This document shows, one piece after another, positions 51,777 to 63,329 of a stretch of 64,000 nt of DNA. This DNA comes from Octopus bimaculoides. Its lineage: Eukaryota. Numbering within the stretch: the stretch's first letter is position 1; each line of letters starts with the position of its first letter. Below the pieces are notes generated by a model. It did not search any database, was not told the origin of the DNA, and saw nothing but the letters and a program-made list of their open reading frames with translations. The stretch is from NCBI RefSeq assembly GCF_001194135.2, contig NC_068981.1:128611422-128675421 (forward strand). Reading direction: 5' to 3'. A program made the position numbers and the translations under genes.

Positions 51777-54144
51777 TAAAGACGTTATATTCTCAATAAA
51801 ACTAAAGGATTTTGTCACTCATTTGCCAACCACTTTACAGCATCTACTGGGTACTTCAGTGAGATAATAGCTCTAGTGACATTGCCTTATATCTCATATT
51901 TTTTACCTTTTACTTGCTTCAGTCATTGGATTGCAACCACACTGGGGCATCATCATCTCCACCAGTTCTTGAATTAGTTTGTTGTTGCTACTTAACCCCA
52001 GGTCAGTATTAACCTGGTACTAATGATTTGGCTAACTAATTATGGTGCATATTAAGTTATGTCAGCTTCATCATCATCATCATTTAGCATCTGTCTTCCT
52101 TACTGGCATAGGTTAGACAGTTTGACTAAAACTCATAAGCCAGAGAACTGCATCAGGCTCCAGTCTGTTTTGGTTTGGTTTCTATGGCTGGATGCCCTTC
52201 CTAATGTCAACCACTTCACAGAGTGTACCAGGTGCCTTTAACATGTCACTAGCATGGGTCCTTTTATGTGTCATTGGCATATTAAGTTAGTCAAATGATA
52301 AGGTATGATTCACTGACATTTAGCTAATTTTGTTTATAGTTAATGAGTACTGTGTAACACAGCAGGTTCCAGTAAAAAAACCAAGAAACTGGAAGTGGTG
52401 CATGGTTGCTATGTACCATACCAAATACATATGCATCATTCTTTGTATATAAAGAATAATGCATGTGTATTTGTTATAACACACAGTCACCACTCAGCAA
52501 TAAAGATGCTATAGAAGTAAAAATGGATAAAGTATTGGACTACCAGCACATATATTTTGAGTTCATTTGTAATGCAGACGTTTCATTTTGTATTCGAGCA
52601 ATAAATTTAATTCAACATTCCACAGTTCACTTAACTTTCATAAAATAAAATCAGATCCTCTGGGGAATAATACTTGAGTCAGACTAATGTTGTAGTTAAA
52701 GAAATATTTATCTTTTATTCATTTAAGCGATAAAACTATTTCATAATACAAACTCTTAAAGTACTTTTCAGATCAGGAGATATTTATCATACAAGTAGCT
52801 GAAAATGCAGAGCTTTGAACTAAGTGTCTATCAGTACTGAGATGCGTCCCTCAACAATTTAAGCTCAAGTTCCACGGGAGTCACCTTTACTTTTAAGAGT
52901 TAGGAGTCAATATAATTGTATTCTTCTCCAAAATATTATAAATCATTAATATAATTACCACTGCTTCAAAGATGTTGTCAAGACAGTTTTCTATAAAGCC
53001 ACTGTAGTCATTCAACATGTCGCCATTCAATATATTCAACATGTCCTTGGCAGCTTTTATGTAATATGGTTTACAAATCTTCAATAAACCAACATCTGCC
53101 TTGTATAATTTCTGTTAATTTTTTATCAAATTGGTTTCAGGGAAGGAACTGTGTCAGTGGCTTTTATGGGCCATCAGAATCAGATGAGTTTGATGATGTT
53201 AGTGTTCCATTGCGAGTCAACAGCTGTAGCAGGAGAGAAATTCAGAGTATCAGCATTCCAGGATGAAGGGGCTAGGAAGTAGACACAATGTAGGAAATGA
53301 GAAGAGGAGAGATGAGTGAATTTGGATTGCCTGTGTTGAGATGGCACAGGAACAGCTAGCTCCAAGAAACAGAAACACCTGTAGAAGCAGTAGAAAAGTC
53401 AAAGAGAGAGAGAGAGAGAGAGGAGATAGCATGCCTGTAGATCAAAGGCTAGAGTGTGTTTGTGAGTGATTTCTAAAAATCAGTAAAGTAGCCTTTCCTC
53501 AGATGTGGTCTAGGACGTCATTCAAGTTATATTTAACTACTGAATAGATTACTATTACCATACTGTGAGGGTTCTTCTTTTATCTTTCATATCATTATGA
53601 ACAGGAGGAGGCACATGGGATGGAGAGTCGCTGAAGAGGTCACAGGATGCATGACAAAAAATTTCAGACAAACGACACTAAAATAAGAATAATAATAAAG
53701 CTGAAGTGAAGAACGGATATATAGTGCATGTGGTTATTAGGCAAAAAAAAAAAAAAATGACCGTCCCAAAATATAACAATATGTTTCAACACACAATTTC
53801 ACAGCAGGAATCTTGCAAAATAAATTCATAAACATAATATTCATTATCATCATTTAACATCCACTCTCTATGCTGGCATGGGTTAGATGTTCTGATTGGA
53901 GCTGATGAGCAGGAGAGCTACACCAAGTTCCAGTTTGATTTGGCATTGTTTCTAGCTGGATGCTCTTCCTAACACCAACCACTCCAGGAGTGTAATGGGT
54001 GCTTTTACATGCCACTGGTACAGGTGCCATTTACATTACACTGACAATGACCACTACTACAATTCATTGATGACATTTACATGACACCAGCAATGACCAT
54101 GACTACAATGCATGGGTGCCACAAACATAATATTATTATTTTAA

Positions 54145-54577
54145 TTTACTCTTTTTACTCTTTTACTCTTTTACTTGTTTCAGTCATTTGACTGTGGCCA
54201 TGCTGGAGCACCGCCTTTTTTAGTCAAGCTAATCGACCCCAGGACTTATTCTTTGTAAGCCTAGTACTTATTCTATCAGTCTCTTTAGCCGAACCACTAA
54301 GTTACGGGGGTCGTAATCACACCAGCATCGGATGTCAAGCGATGTTGGGGGGACAAACACAGACACACAAACATATACACACACACACACATACATACAT
54401 ATATATACATATATACGACGGGCTTCTTTCAGTTTCCGTCTACCAAATCCACTCACAAGGCTTTGGTCGGCTCGAGGCTATAGTAGAAGACACTTGCCCA
54501 AGGTGCCACGCAGTGGGACTGAACCCGGAACCATGTCGTTGGTAAGCAAGCTACTTACCACACGGCCACTCCTACGC
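54145..54577 (-). mobile_element. Family A SINE, full length, young
   Basis: High identity to 4962-5370; (TTTACTCT)n tail on the + strand. Confidence 0.85.
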
Positions 54578-54807
54578 TTACAAATATTTTCTTAAAATTC
54601 TGAAAACAACCAACCAATTCCAAAATGAATTTACAGATATGCAAACAACAACAAATGTAAATGAAACTGCAGCACTCATTGATTCTCCCAATTTGCTTGA
54701 TTGATAAAAATAGGCTCTATTTTTTTTTTCGCACAATTAAGAAGCAGTAGCTAGAGCATTCTGCTTTAGAATCAACCATCCCCACAAAACTATCCCATCT
54801 ATGTTAA

Positions 54808-55014
54808 CCCTTTTGATACCAACCTGCCTGAGACTACCTCTAGTTCCAGGATACAAACTTTCAATGATCTAAATTAAAAACTTCCATTAAAATTTCATGT
54901 TAATTTATGTTCCAAACACTAGTTTATAAATGACAAAATAATTTTACGAAAGTCTTCATTATTTTCAAAATAGCAAAGATAGTGTATTTCAACAGAAATA
55001 TTGTAACAAAAAGG
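54808..55014. mobile_element. piggyBac-type MITE (same family as 3406-3628)
   Basis: TTAA at 54804-54807 and 55015-55018. Confidence 0.7.
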
Positions 55015-55740
55015 TTAACATGGAATCATGGATGTCAAACAGTAATCTTCTTTCATTAAGAAGAGAGCTTTTACAGGATTCACATCCCCGTTGTATGAGG
55101 GGAAAAAATAACTAGAGTAAAAGTACATGTATGGAAATTGCAATGACCAAGTGATTTAAGATGTCAGATTTCTGCTGAAAGAAGTGCCTGAGGAACGAGA
55201 AGTACATGATTAAGTCTTGTGATCTGAATTACAACCTGGTGCAGTTTTCTCATCTCAGTTGAGAAATTAATTGCTTTTAGATACATGTCCTAGTTTATAA
55301 CAGTGTCTTCCAAAGTGAAATTCATATGGTTAAGATTCAGGTTATATCAATAAAAATAGAAAATAAATATTCAACTTTTTATATCTATATATTTATATAT
55401 CATCATCATCATTTAATGTCTGCTTTCCATGCCAGCATGGGTTAGACAGTCTGATAGGAGCTGGCAAACCAGAGAACTATGTCATGCTTTATTGTTTACT
55501 TTGGCACGGTTTATATGGGTGGGTACCCTTCCTAATTCCAACCACTTTACAAGATGTACTAGGTGCTTTTTATGTGACACCAGCACCACTGAAGTTACCA
55601 AGTAAATTGCAAAACAAGACACTTCAACTGAAGGCTAAGTAGTTTTTGAAAGAGGTGGCTTTGTGTCAGGTAGCAAGAGGCTAGAGTATGATAGGTGTCA
55701 TACAGTAGAGGAGATAAATGGTTACCCCTGTTGGAAAAGA

Positions 55741-56186
55741 AGAGAGAGGAGAGGAGAAGAGAGAGAGAGAAAGAGAGAAGAGAGAGAGAGAAAGAGAGGA
55801 GAAGTGAGAGAGAGAAAGAGGGGAGAAGAGAGAGAGAGAGAGAAAGAGAGGACAAGAGAGAGAGAGAGAAAGAGAGGACAAGAGAGAGAGAGAAGGAGAG
55901 GACAAGAGAGAGAGAGAAGGAGAGAACAAGAGAGAAAGAGAAAGAGAGAAGAGAGAGAAAGAGAGGAGAAGAGAGAGAGAGAAATAGAGGGAGAGAGAGA
56001 GAAATAGAGGGAGAGAGAGAGAGAAATAGAGGGAGAGAGAGAGAGAAATAGAGGGAGAGAGAGAGAAATAGAGGGAGAGAGAGAGAGAAATAGAGGGAGA
56101 GAGAGAGAGAGAAATAGAGGGAGAGAGAGAGGGAGAGAGAGGGAGGGAGAGAGAGAGGGAGAGAGAGGGAGAGAGAGGGAGAGAGA
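55741..56186 (+). repeat. Polypurine GA-rich array with higher-order units (GAGAGAGAAATAGAGG, GAGAGGACAA)
   Basis: Read directly. Confidence 0.9.
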
Positions 56187-56617
56187 GATTGCCATTTAAC
56201 TGTCTGCTTTGGCATGGTTTCTACAGCTGGATGCCCTTCCTAATGCAAACCACGTAAAAGAGTGTCCTGGGTGCTTTTTATGCAGCACCAGCACTGGTGA
56301 GTTCACCAGACACCTGCAAGATAAGATCCCCTCAACTGAGTGGGGTACAGAAAGGAAGGATAAGAAACTATGACAGGTGAACAAAAGTATGGTGTCTTAC
56401 TGAAGAGGTGAATATATGGCTTGCTCACCAAGAAAAAGAGAAAGAGAGAGAAAGAGATGCGAGGTCCAGGTACAAGGTATGTATGTATGCATGTATGTAT
56501 GCATGTATGTATGTATGTATGCATGCATGTATGTATGTATGTATGTATGTATGTATGTATGTATGTATGTATGTATGCATGTATGTATGTATGTATGCAT
56601 GTATGTATGTATGTATG

Positions 56618-56651
<34 letters not shown>

Positions 56652-56690
56652 TGTATTGGCAGTATCATTTGGATATCAAACAAAACGCCT

Positions 56691-56841
56691 GCTACATTAT
56701 TTACATTTGACGGATATTTGTCCTCATCTTGTTTGTTGTTAAGACAGCGTTTCGGCTGATATACCCTCAAGCCTTCATCAGGTGTCTTGGGAAAATTTCG
56801 AAACTGGGTTCTCATTCCTGGGTTCTTAAATATAGAACTGT
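56691..56841 (+). mobile_element. Short copy of the 22751 hammerhead family (long inverted part plus 18-nt forward terminus)
   Basis: Inverted arm 56691-56820, terminus TCTTAAATATAGAACTGT, flanked by AAAA(C/T)GCCT (56682-56690, 56842-56850). Its hammerhead (56741-56786, -) has U16.1 changed to C. Confidence 0.8.
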
Positions 56842-57170
56842 AAAATGCCTTCTGTTCAAATTCTGCCAAGTTCAATTCTTTTCTCAACTTTTGCAAAATG
56901 ACAGAAACATATTTATTAGAATAAAAACATAGCAGCCTCTCGCAAACAAATATGATCTGGTAGTGTGTTTTAGGTGCCATTGTACATGTGAACAGAAAAT
57001 AGGCAGCAACACATTGCTCAGTACAGAAATCACCCACAAGCTTATGAGTGTGAGCTTAACCTTCTAACCATTAGGCTATGTACCTTCACACACACACACA
57101 CACATATACAGTTGTTAAATTTATGTTAAACTGGATAACACTGTTTTGTTTAATGCAAATGTTTCACTTA

Positions 57171-57471
57171 GAGCATACCTACACAAGTGTGCCCCCTGCC
57201 AAATTTGTTTCCTTGTAACTTTTGGAAAAATGGATATTTTGGGATGAGATTTTCTATAAATACTTTTCAGATAGTGCAAATTAGGATTATATTAGAATTT
57301 AAAGTAGAAAGAAAAAAGATTAGTGGGCACACACACATACATACTAACATACATCACATATATATCTACACAATGTGTGTTTGTAGGAAATTTAATTAGA
57401 AAATATCCATTTTTCTGAAAGTTATGAGGAAATAAAGTTGGCAGAGGGACATACTTGTATATGGATGCCTC
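57171..57471. mobile_element. MITE with about 70-bp TIRs; related copy at about 58145-58510
   Basis: GAGCATACCTACACAAGTGTGCCCCCTGCCAA..GAAAAATGGATATTTT mirrored by AAAATATCCATTTTTC..TTGGCAGAGGGACATACTTGTATATGGATGCCTC. Confidence 0.7.
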
Positions 57472-58747
57472 ATATTGTTACATGTATATGCCCATACTAG
57501 GATTAGCTGTTTAACATAGAATTTAGAATCAGCCAAAGTTCCGGGTGAAGAATTGTGCTTATTATAAAACAGTTTGACAATGTAGTTTAGCCCGGGTCAA
57601 AGTTGATCAAAGACGTTTCAACCGTTGTGATTTGGGGTAAGATTTGGTTGCTATTTCCAGCAGATCGATCGACCTGATAGAAGCTCACTTTTTGAATTGA
57701 ATACAACTTAATTTTAAAGAGGTGGTGCAGAGATCTAATTCGCCAATCATGCGAGAGTAAATTACTAACGCTATAGTAATTGTAGGCGTGGCTGTGTGAT
57801 TAAGAAGCTTGCTTCCTAGCCATATGATCCTAGGTTCAGTCCCTCTGCGCGGCGCTTTGAGCGACTGTCTACTACTATAGCTCCGGGACGACTTGCGAGT
57901 GGGTTTGGTAAACGTAAAGAAGTCTGTTGTATATATGTGTGCGTGTCCCACCACCGCCTGACAACCGGTGTTGGTTTGTTTACGTCCCTGTAACTTAGCG
58001 GTTCACCTAAGTGACCGATAGAATAAGTACTAGACTTTAAAAAAAGTCCTGGGGTCGATTTACATTTCATAACGCAAGATCTCGTAACTATCTGCTTTAA
58101 GTACGCTTCTTACCGCTTTAGAGATTAGGTATTTCATTAATTCTATGGCATAACTTTAAGGAAAATGGATATTTTTTTATGAAATATTCAAAAAAGTATC
58201 TTTCAGATTATGTAAATTACGATCATTTAGGAATTTAAAGAAAAAATGAGAAAAAAAGTGAAGGGTGCGCACACATACGTGCTGATACATCACACATATA
58301 TCTAGAAAATGAGACTTTAAAATTTTGAAAAAGTTAATGTGTTAGTGTATATGTGTTCGTGCCCACCATATTTTATTATTTTTTTTACTATATTAAGTTC
58401 CGATATAACTGTAATCTACATCATTTGAAAAATATTTGTAGAAAATTTCATCAAAAAGCACCTATTTTCTTAAAGTTATGAGGAAACAAAAGCAGTAGGG
58501 GGACATTTATGTAGTTATACTCAGTACAAAGGAGATAGAAAACTAAACGTAGATTGATTGATGGAAATGGGAAAGGGACAACGCACGATTATGGTGTACT
58601 ATTTATCAAACAACGGACAGCGGGAGACCTATAGTGTCTAGCCCCAACTCCTCAACTTCAACCATTTGAACCTTAGCGTACCCTTAATTCCTAACACCAA
58701 CTTCCATCACTATAAATGTGTTCAGTAAACATAAACACACAGTATTA

Positions 58748-58839
58748 GGGCGGGGTTTCAGAACCCGGAAGTGACGAAATATCCATACTATGGTTACCGC
58801 GGTTACATTTCCGATGCAACTTTAGTTTGAACATGGCGG
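58748..58839 (+). promoter_or_regulatory. TMEM231 proximal promoter motifs: GC box, ETS site, YY1-like site
   Basis: GGGCGGGG 58748-58755, CCGGAAGTG 58765-58773, AACATGGCGG over the ATG; locally CpG-rich. Confidence 0.65.
58793..58806 (-). promoter_or_regulatory. RFX X-box
   Basis: Minus strand GTAACC-GC-GGTAAC fits GTNRCC-N(0-3)-RGYAAC; it ends 27 bp before the ATG of a ciliary gene. Confidence 0.7.
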
Positions 58840-58971
58840 TCTTTGAAATCTTTTCTCATGCTGAATTACGCCGATATCGAAGTCACATTTTCTCCAAAGC
58901 TACAGCTCTACAGGTTTTCATTACTCTTTCAACATACATACTACCTTTTGTAGTAATTTACCTAAACAATG
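58833..58971 (+). CDS. TMEM231: TMEM231 coding exon 1 (139 nt)
   Basis: MAVFEIFSHAELRRYRSHIFSKATALQVFITLSTYILPFVVIYLNNG resembles human MALYELFSHPVERSYRAGLCSKAALFLLLAAALTYIPPLLVAFRSHG (recalled). Donor GTAAGC, phase 1. Confidence 0.92.
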
Positions 58972-60985
58972 GTAAGCTTTTGTCGCCAAATCATCGAGTT
59001 TATTAACTTTCAATATATAACAACGTTTATGATTGCGTCTGCTACTCAATTTTGTCTATTGTACTTCTCATTGACAACGATACTATTTCCTGCTCACTTT
59101 CTCTCTCCTATAAATTTCGAGTATTAAGATTGATTAAAAAATAAATTATCATTTCTTGTAAAAAATGAATACTTCCGAGTTAATTTTTTTCATGGCAAAC
59201 TAGTTGCTATACCAAGTTGAAACTTTAGTACTATACTTACCTACGGATTACTTCTTAACACACCCGCTAAAAACAGGTGTCCCAAACATCATAAAACAAA
59301 CAGAAACTTTGCGCACGGCCGTATTTTTAGTGCATGTACAAAATATTTCAATATAAGTATGGCTTTCCAGCCTTGACTAGCCTGTTACTTAGTTCCTCAC
59401 CCTAAACTTTTACTTAACTCTAACCGATCCCCTACGTCATAAATTTTACTGGCTATTAACCTTATATATAAAAAACGGAAATGAATAGGACCGTCAGTTT
59501 AGTGTTTCGAAAATTTTCTGTAATTTATTTCATGATAAACTAAGGAGAGAGTTCTACACTATCACTTGATTTACTAGAAATAGCCACTAAATCTTCCACC
59601 TATCACACCAAGCAGATCTCCAGGGTCAAAAACATAGATCAAGACTCTTTTGAACAATTCAGCATATCTAATTACAATCTTGTTAGGCATCATAATAAGC
59701 GATTCAGTATCGTGCAAGTGTGGAACTCTCAAGGTAAACATTTAATGCCCATGTTCCATGCTGGCATGGAATGGATAGTTTCACAGAACCCAATGAGCCC
59801 GAGAATTATATCATGTTCCAGTGTCTGCTTAGGCATAGTTTCTATGGCTGGATGCCCTTCCTAATGCCAACCACTTTACAGTGTGTACTGGGTGCTTTCT
59901 TTCATACCACCAACACTAGTGAATTGACCATGCAACTTAAAGACTACAAACCCTGAGGAGATGAGAAATAAAGAGGGGTAAAAATGAGAGAAAAGTGTCA
60001 GAATAGAACAGGTTTATTGCTGTAGAGCCGCTACATGGCTGGTTTATTTCAGAATTTGGTTTGAAGTTGTCAGAAGTGCTAGATAAGCCCTGACAGAGCT
60101 ACTTCAGTGAAGTTTGATTGCAATTATGGGAAGAAACTCAGTAAGTGTTAGTTCTTGTGCTGCTGCTGCTATATTATCATGTATAAGTTATGCCCTATAT
60201 ATTTGATAATTAATAGTTGCACAGATTGATTTACTTTACCAGAAGACACTCAAAATGTTTCAAGTATTTGCTCAACCACTCTGTTTCTTTCTCCCCCTCC
60301 CCCCTTTATTATTGTCCCACAACTGCCCAAACTTATTGTCATCATCAAATCAAGCTTCCTCGGATTTGCATGACCCTGATCATCCATCTCTATTTTCCAT
60401 AGTATGTGATAGTTCCACTTTGTGACATCCTGTGTTATCTGTTCACTAATCAATGTATGCCTTCACATGGCAACTGTTCTGAGGTGTCCAAAACAAAGTG
60501 TCACTAACCAACTCCACTTCTTCAGCAGTGTCTAGCAAAGCAGATCCTTCTTTCTCTAATGATGTCTGATACATCTGGCAGCTTATTATATGATCTTTTT
60601 CTGCTTGGGTAGTCCTTCAAAGACACATTCAAAATGATACAAAGCATGCATAGTTTCATGCTTTTTGGTTAGTGTCTAACTGAAAGAACCATTAAGTAAT
60701 ACAGTTTAAAGTAATGTGCAGATGTTCCTTTTCAGATTGTCTGAGAGCTTAGATTTCCATTTTTGTGCTGAGACTTTTTAGTGCTGTCCAAGCTCTTCTA
60801 ATACATAGCTTAACATCTGCTTCTGTAGATATTATGCTGTTTCTTCTTTTTAAATCACAATAATCACATCAAATTATCATAGGCACCAAAAAATACATAG
60901 GACACTTAATTTGTTTAAAGACAGTACCTTCGTTAAACGAGCTATTTTGAGCATTTATTTTGTTTTTATTCTGTATTTATCTCAG

Positions 60986-61155
60986 GTCTTTGGATTGGTG
61001 AAGCTCGTTTCAGAGATCAACCCAAAATTGTGTTCAAAAAGGAACTGCTATTTCTTTTATATACTACTGGTAGCACTCAGTCATATGTCACATACAGTAC
61101 TTTTGAAAATTACAACAAATTACAACAAGATTCCCTAAGGATTCCACTGATAAAA
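60986..61155 (+). CDS. TMEM231: TMEM231 coding exon 2 (170 nt)
   Basis: Acceptor TTTATCTCAG, donor GTAAGA, in phase with exon 1. GLWIGEARFRDQPKIVFKKELLFLLYTTGSTQSYVTYSTFENYNKLQQDSLRIPLIK resembles [23 protein letters not shown]...[21 protein letters not shown]. Confidence 0.92.
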
Positions 61156-63069
61156 GTAAGACAACTCATATTGATGAAAACTAAAATCATTCACATCGCA
61201 TTTCTGTTATTATGGTACCTAAATTTTTTTTTTACCATTCTTCTTCACTCCTGGGCTTTCAATCATCCCAGTATAGAAGTTGTCACTTCCATTCTCATTG
61301 CACTTGGTAAACCTGGTAGCACCCATCCCCTCCTCAAGAAAGGGGTGTCATTGGCCCTCAAGGAGTTCATCACTTTTGACAGGTTTTGTTTTTATTCTGC
61401 TAAAGATCCACACTTCCTCCTTATTGGGCAGGCCTAGTAAGAGTCCAGTTTAGTCACCAACTACTTGTCTTGGAGCAAGTGATACTGGATTACATGGTTA
61501 CCAGCAGCAGGTTTCCCTCAGCCTATGATACAATTGGTCCTGATATATTTATGAATGGAGGAGTAGATATATTTAACTTCTATTATTTTACTTTGTTTTG
61601 TTGTTTTTATTTTGCTGCAGTATTTTTAAAGTGCTATAGTACAGAGTGAGTCAGAAGCCACACACCAAAACATTTGATGTTTTATTTATTTTATGTTATT
61701 ATTATTATTATTTTATGTTTGACTTTTGCTTTGCATTTGTACAAGTTGGATCCAAGTCTCATATTATTATTATTATTATTCATTTAGTTTATCATGTACA
61801 AGTAGGTGTGTAGTCATCATTATTTTATTTATTTTATTCAATTTTAGAAAAAATAGAAGCATGCCTTTTGATAATTCTGGAATGTATTGAACGTATTTTG
61901 TGCATGACTTTTGGCCCATGTTGTACATTAATCCAGCTTTTCCCATTATAATCATCATCATTGCTTTACTATTTGTTTCTCTATACTGACAAAGCAGAGA
62001 TGTATCTACACATCAGAATATTTCCAACCATTATAAAATAAATGTTCTCAATAGTACTCAGCCATTTTTACCTATGGACCCCTTTTATCTATATTTTACT
62101 TGGGTGGGCCCTCATAGCCATGCAATATTTTAAAAATCCTATTATATTTTTATATTTATATATTATTAGGCATTGTACAAAAAAAAATGGTTGAAATATT
62201 TCATGTACTGTAAAAGTATAACCAATTTATTGCACATAATTTTTAACAATGAAATCTTGTATGGACCCCTAAGGGTCATATGGAATCCAGTTGCAAACCA
62301 CTGGTTTAAAACCTTGATTCAGCAGATACGATCAACTTTGTGTATCTTTCTTCCTTTCAGAGTTAATAAAATAAAATACCAGTCCAAGGCAGTGGATTGG
62401 GAAAATTCATAACATGTTGGACAAGATGCCTTACAAGTAACTGTTTCAGCTCTTTGCATTCTGAGTTCTTGGTTAATAGGTCTAACCTGTTACCCAGTTT
62501 AACACCGGCACCTGGTCCTTGGGAACCAAAGGTAGGGTTCACTCTACTAAACGCAACCAAGTATTTAAACCAGACCTCTTGATTTAAGGATAAATTCCTC
62601 TTTTTCTCTCACCATTCTTAAATTGCCTGTCTTGCCTTAAACTAAGTGATAAAAAAGGCACTCCAGCCATGACCATGCCATCATTTTGTCTATCTAGAAA
62701 TACATGTATTCCAGTGTATTCTTCCTTTTACAAGACAAGGATTAATTAGAGGGAATTTGGCTATTTGTGGCCGGTTGAGAGATTATATATTGGCTTCTCC
62801 ATCTAGTTTGAAAGTTAGTATGTTGGTTATGGTTTAGAAATAGCAATAGTGGTGATGCCAGCAACAGCTGAACTTTTTAAAGTTTAGTAAACAAAAAGGG
62901 GTAGAATAGTCCAGAGCTCTGAAACAGGAAGCTCAAACTGTCCAACATATTTGTAGCTATGTTGAGGATATGAAACTCCAAAATAGGATGCTATAGAAAA
63001 TTCAAAATACTGTGTACAAAAATTGTAAAAATTATAACTAAGAATTGTAAAGATTCTAATTCTTGAACA

Positions 63070-63312
63070 AAAGAGGTGAACTAAATTTTATACATTATTT
63101 ACATTTGACGAATATTTGTCCTTATCTTGTTTGTTGTTAAGACGTTTTGGCTGATATACCCTCCATCAGGTGTTTTGGGGAAATTTCAAACCTAAGTTCT
63201 CATACCTAAGGTATTTTTTGATGTTATTATTATTATTCAGCTCACTGCTTGGAATTGAACTTGGAATCTTGGGGTTAGTAGCCCGCGCTCTTAACCACTA
63301 TGCCATGTGCCC
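63070..63312 (-). mobile_element. tRNA-like Pol III cassette + (TAA)n + decayed hammerhead segment of the 22751 family
   Basis: A box TGGCATAGTGG (63295-63305), B box GTTCAATTCC (63251-63260), then TACCTTAGGTATGAGAAC..ACACCTGATG[del]GAGGGTATATCAGCCAAAACG. Confidence 0.75.
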
Positions 63313-63329
63313 ATCGGCAATTATGGAGT

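Noticed and set aside
55595-57037. ORFs of 100-244 aa
   Set aside because: Made of GA and TATG microsatellites plus repeat fragments.
63239-63312. Functional tRNA gene
   Set aside because: No proper acceptor stem or variable arm; it is a tRNA-derived head. The same applies to the SINE heads at 4962, 24100, 45555 and 51700.
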